A DNA stretch of 63,957 nt, filler included, from Polymyxa betae A26-41 (Eukaryota; Protista; Endomyxa: Phytomyxea): NCBI GenBank assembly GCA_003693705.1. It is 9 parts of 9 records of this genome, joined end to end, with 100 filler letters (N's around TTAATTAATTAA, not from the genome) between each part and the next. Parts side by side here need not be neighbours in the genome. Positions count along the whole stretch, not along the records: positions 56,472 to 60,669 come from RBZT01000228.1; positions 60,770 to 63,957 come from RBZT01000542.1; 7 more parts are not named here. The stretch is one strand, 5' to 3'. A model generated the notes under the pieces. The model had not been told where the DNA came from and did not search any database. It saw only the letters and a list, made by a program, of their open reading frames with translations. Below, in pieces: positions 59,901 to 63,957 of this stretch (position 1 is its first letter; every line of letters starts with the position of its first letter). The position numbers and the translations under genes are program-made.

Positions 59901-60432
59901 GAATGTGTGAACCGATCACAGCAAGATCAAATGATGCTTAGTGCATTGCTCAATCAAACTGATAGCGCTGTCCCAGTTCCTGAATTTAGCCACAACGACG
60001 TCCAGATATTTGGGCAAAGAGCTGCCTATCAATCGCATCCACGCGCACCATGGCCCACTAGAAGCAATCGTTCAGGACGGCCACATGAGTTTGAGCAACG
60101 CATTACTGAGAATCGGTTATATAACCAGGCCAGAGGTGGCCTACCAGTTTGCACGACCTGCACCTCTACTGGCAACAACACCGTTACAGGACACACAGCC
60201 GACTCATCTCGCTGTCCGTTCTTTGTGCGAAGTAATCCTCTCCAGCAGATCTCGAGAACGGCCGCGGAATTGAACACTTTACAGGCAATGATCGAATCGG
60301 ATTTAATGAACGGGCGCTTCTAATACACGAAACAACGAGATTCACAGTGGCTGTAGCTTAGAGCTGCGCGCAAATTTTTATACGCAGAATGCATTCTCTG
60401 CGCTCGACTATTAGGAGGATTTAGCTAGACGC
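56977..60432 (+). mobile_element. Complete TIR-bounded MULE element with intron-rich C2H2 + MULE DDE + SWIM + CCHC transposase gene (some stops)
   Basis: ~72-bp TIRs (gcgtctagctaaatcctcctaatagtcgagcgcag...); duplicated cagattgag at 56968-56976 and 60433-60441; VIDSTHNTN..GYPV, LCVWHVD..W, CECVDY..CKH. Confidence 0.93.
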
Positions 60433-60769
60433 CAGATTGAGGGGCACCCGGGTTTGAGGCTTGTCACTGCGTACTGCGACGACAGACCCCACGTNNNNNN
60501 NNNNNNNNNNNNNNNNNNNNNNNNNNNNNNNNNNNNNNNNNNNNNNNNNNNNNNNNNNNNNNNNNNNNNNNNNNNNNNGAAGCTAGAAGAAGGGGACGAA
60601 GGGAACTAACAACTTTGCAGGCGAACAGGATGTGAATAGAAGCAAGCAGATTAAAGAATGGTTTATATANNNNNNNNNNNNNNNNNNNNNNNNNNNNNNN
60701 NNNNNNNNNNNNNTTAATTAATTAANNNNNNNNNNNNNNNNNNNNNNNNNNNNNNNNNNNNNNNNNNNN

Positions 60770-62170
60770 ATGGAGTGCATTTTCTTCAGCATCCCCATCC
60801 TTTCCAACATCATCTCAGCATTAGAGTGGGCTTGGGCACGGTGCTGGCCTCGGAGTCGTCCATACAGCTCGAGAATCTCCAGCGGATTGAAATTGTCATA
60901 AAAAGCATCAAATTGGGGACAGATTCCAACATAAGCACGGGCTTCTGTAGGATTATCTGAAAGATCATCGTCCATGGGTAACTGATTGAATACCAACAAG
61001 GCATTCAAGAAGTGTGAGTTTTCCAGCACCGTTATGTCCTAATGGTAAAAGTTATTAAGCAATGTGGAAATTTCGTAGCGAAGAGGTTACCTACCTAGTA
61101 AGGCGAAAATCTCGCTGTCATAAACGTTGAGAGAGAGATCCGCAACAGCGACAACGCTTCCGCCGTCAAACTCCTTGACAACGTTCTCGATAACAACACC
61201 CACCGGGCGCTGCGTATCAGTTGATTCGAAGCGTGTAGGATCAACAGCTGTCGGAGTGACAGGAGCGGGAGTAGCCTTGACACTCTTGTTGAGGAAGAAA
61301 TCCCATGGTCGAGATGATCCATGCTTCGATTTGACGACTTGATGAAGATACATGCCCAATGTTAGATAGACAGGAATTTGGAAGAGAGGAATCAGGAACA
61401 GTCTGAGAGGGAGATAGCCAATCCCTGATTCGTACAGTGGAGAAGTGATGTAGGCAATGAAACCGGCAGGATGCAGAAATCGCATTATCCAGGCAGCACT
61501 GTCAAGAATGTCTTCAGTATTGAAAGTGAGTTGAACGCCACTGATCTTGAGGACATAAGTGGTTAGAACAGGCAGAGCAGCTGTAAGCCATGCGAATGAC
61601 ACAAAGAATCGAGCGAATTTGACATTATCGAAAATCGCACATTGGGCATAAGCGGCAGCAGCCGCCGAAATTAACGCGAAAAAGTAAATTAGGATCATCA
61701 ATGGACAATCATTCTCGATTCCTAAAATCTCGGACAGCACCACCATTATCACCGAAATTATAATTACTGGAAGAATTAACCACCCAGCAACAATCCTGCA
61801 GTAGTGCAGCAAATACGAGAGCCCATACGGAACCTCCCCAACACCTTGAATACGGAAATGTTCTCGGATCTTGCTCGTTTTCTCGAGCATCACTCGAGAG
61901 ACCAATTCTTCCATCAGCAAGATAAAAGCAGTCGAAGCCGATATAAACTCTGACAGTTCTTTGATTGAAATCCCTGTATCGTCAGTTTTTTTTGTCTGGA
62001 TCGATGGTGCTATGTAGTTGACAGAACTTCACGAACGTGATAAAAATGGTTCCTACCAAAGCGCAGCTGCTGGGCAATGCCTTGATGATAGACATGCCTT
62101 CGAGCGCTTGGTTTCGATCCAGTTCTTCCAAAGAAGAGCAGATACCTGACTCCAAAATAACGACATCCTG
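60770..62170 (-). pseudogene. ABCA-family transporter, internally deleted/frameshifted and truncated by gap
   Basis: QVSALLWKNWIE..R N-terminus; EKTSKIRE; TM helices; VAVADLSLNVY..IFALLG-intron-HNGAGK Walker A followed by a stop; VGICPQFD. Confidence 0.85.
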
Positions 62171-63957
62171 ATAGCGTCGCCGAAGAGCCTGGTTGCTGAT
62201 CCGATATAGAGGGAGTCTTGCAAAGGCTTGGAAAAAGAATAGATAAAATAGAAATGGGAACACAATGGCGACGCTCCTTCCGAACCTTCTTGCTGGTCGT
62301 ATTAAACAAGTAGAGATGTCTATAATCTCGTCATTGAATGTTCCGATATTTCCGATCGAAATTCTGTCAAGGGTTATGGCCATGATCCAACATGACGAGG
62401 ACATTCATCCATTAGATAGGCTGGGTCGTGATAGTTCTGTGCAGCTCGCAGGTAGGAAGCGCAATGATCGAAGGGTCATGCTACCCATTCAGCTGCAATA
62501 AAGTCCCGAATGCAGAGAATCATGAATGGGCCCAGGTGTGATCCGAAATATCTTGGAGTCCAATCGATTTGTATCTCAGTTCGTTAGATAATCGATCTTA
62601 TGGATACCCGAGCTGCTATAGAACCCAAGATTACATAATCAAGCCACAAAGAATGGCTTTGCCTTTTTGATCTCGGCGCGATGACTCCGCTGATGTTTTG
62701 CGTACAGTTTTTACGAGTTGTTTCCAATTATAACACTACTCGAGGAGACTCTGTAAAGAGAAACGTCTCAGCTTTCAAATAATAAAAGCACACCTGCTGA
62801 AGTAGTGACTTGAATGTGTGGTTTCGAAGATTCGAATTCGAGCTGATGTCAGGACTGGAAGGGTCTCTGTAGTTGACAATTGCTAAGCTGAATCTAATCG
62901 CGCATTGCCTGCTTTGACAGTCTATGCTTCAGGTACGAAATCGGTATGGAGGACGCAACTCCTCAGAATTTTCATCGTTTTTGAGCTTGAAATGATCATT
63001 CGACTCTCCGATGCTTGATGATTTAATAGAATGTTAGCAAAAATAATAATCGAAGAAGCTGACGGCTTATTGTGCTTAGAATTCCATTATGAGTTGCATC
63101 GGCGGTTGATCGCTCTCGAGATGACGGCTCATTCGATCTGGATGCCCTTTGCGAACTAGCTGCCAGATTGCCGACCGATTATGATCAAGTCCACCTCTGC
63201 TTTGAATAGAAAATTGGTTATCATCAGTTATCGTTAGGAAGCTCTGGTCAATTCTATCTGAGCGTCTGCTCTACTGCAAGCGTCACGTTTGTGATTGCTC
63301 CGGAGACAGGTCTCCTTCTGCAGATCGCTAGATGAAAGATGAACAAACGAAGTTGGATGCCTGGGAAGGCAACGGCATCCTTATTGCAAAATGCACGAGA
63401 ACGTGAATCCATACGACTGTAATATTGTTGACAGCAGTGAGAAACGCTACTTTGGCACTCTCTCTCTCTCTNNTCATCGATATTTAATCCATACATCACT
63501 CCTTCAACATCGTGGGTTTTATCAATTTTTGAAAGCAAAGACGTTTGAAAATTTGTAACCGTCAAAAAAGACGCTTCGAAAGGAAAATGGTATAATTGGA
63601 GAGGACTCGACTATATAAGACATATCGATCTTTTTTTAGAAGACAGAAAATTCTGTTTGATGGATTATGTAATCTGGGTTCTGTTGCAGCTCGGGATTCC
63701 ATAACATTGATAATCTAGCGAACTGAGATAGCTGTCAATGGGACTTCTAGATATATCAAATCTAGCACGGGTCCATTCACGATGCTCTACTCATTACATG
63801 CGGGACTTTAATTCGTCTGAATGAGAGCATGAGCCATTGCAAATTGCTTGCATATCAATAAGTACCTTTGAGTTGCACAAAACTATTAGAGCCAGCCTGT
63901 CGAATGGATGAATGTCCTCGACAAATTGGCTCGACGAACCATGGAGAATATTTTGGA

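Noticed and set aside
62300-63957. Continuation of ABCA or another gene
   Set aside because: Stop-riddled; no motif recognised

Overview
Eukaryotic (protist-like) draft sequence, not prokaryotic: genes carry short 45-60 nt GT-AG introns. Contigs are joined by N-TTAATTAATTAA-N spacers, so adjacency across those spacers may be artificial. A plasmodiophorid or similar parasite is plausible but cannot be verified from sequence alone. The first ~28 kb holds host genes: a tandem family of secreted Cys/His-repeat proteins plus a distant relative at 22.7-25.8 kb, a 4-TM protein, a BTB protein, FHIT, a split C-type lectin and a Kp43/TagC-like subtilase. The rest is mostly a transposon graveyard: two Ty3/Gypsy elements, a full-length Ty1/Copia with LTRs and TSD nested in a Harbinger element, hAT, Tc1/IS630-like and MULE remnants, an intron-rich TIR-bounded MULE, and an ABCA pseudogene. 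Best leads: (i) an unnamed repeated 'RPxLRCxxxC..F..WG..F...C.G' domain in secreted proteins with NLS-like patches, one encoded by a gene saturated with GTWAC motifs; (ii) two AT-rich islands that look like endogenous Polinton-like virus/virophage DNA, one with an A32 packaging-ATPase fragment and 3' hairpin, the other with a possible protelomerase/tyrosine-recombinase N-terminus near a 120-bp palindrome.
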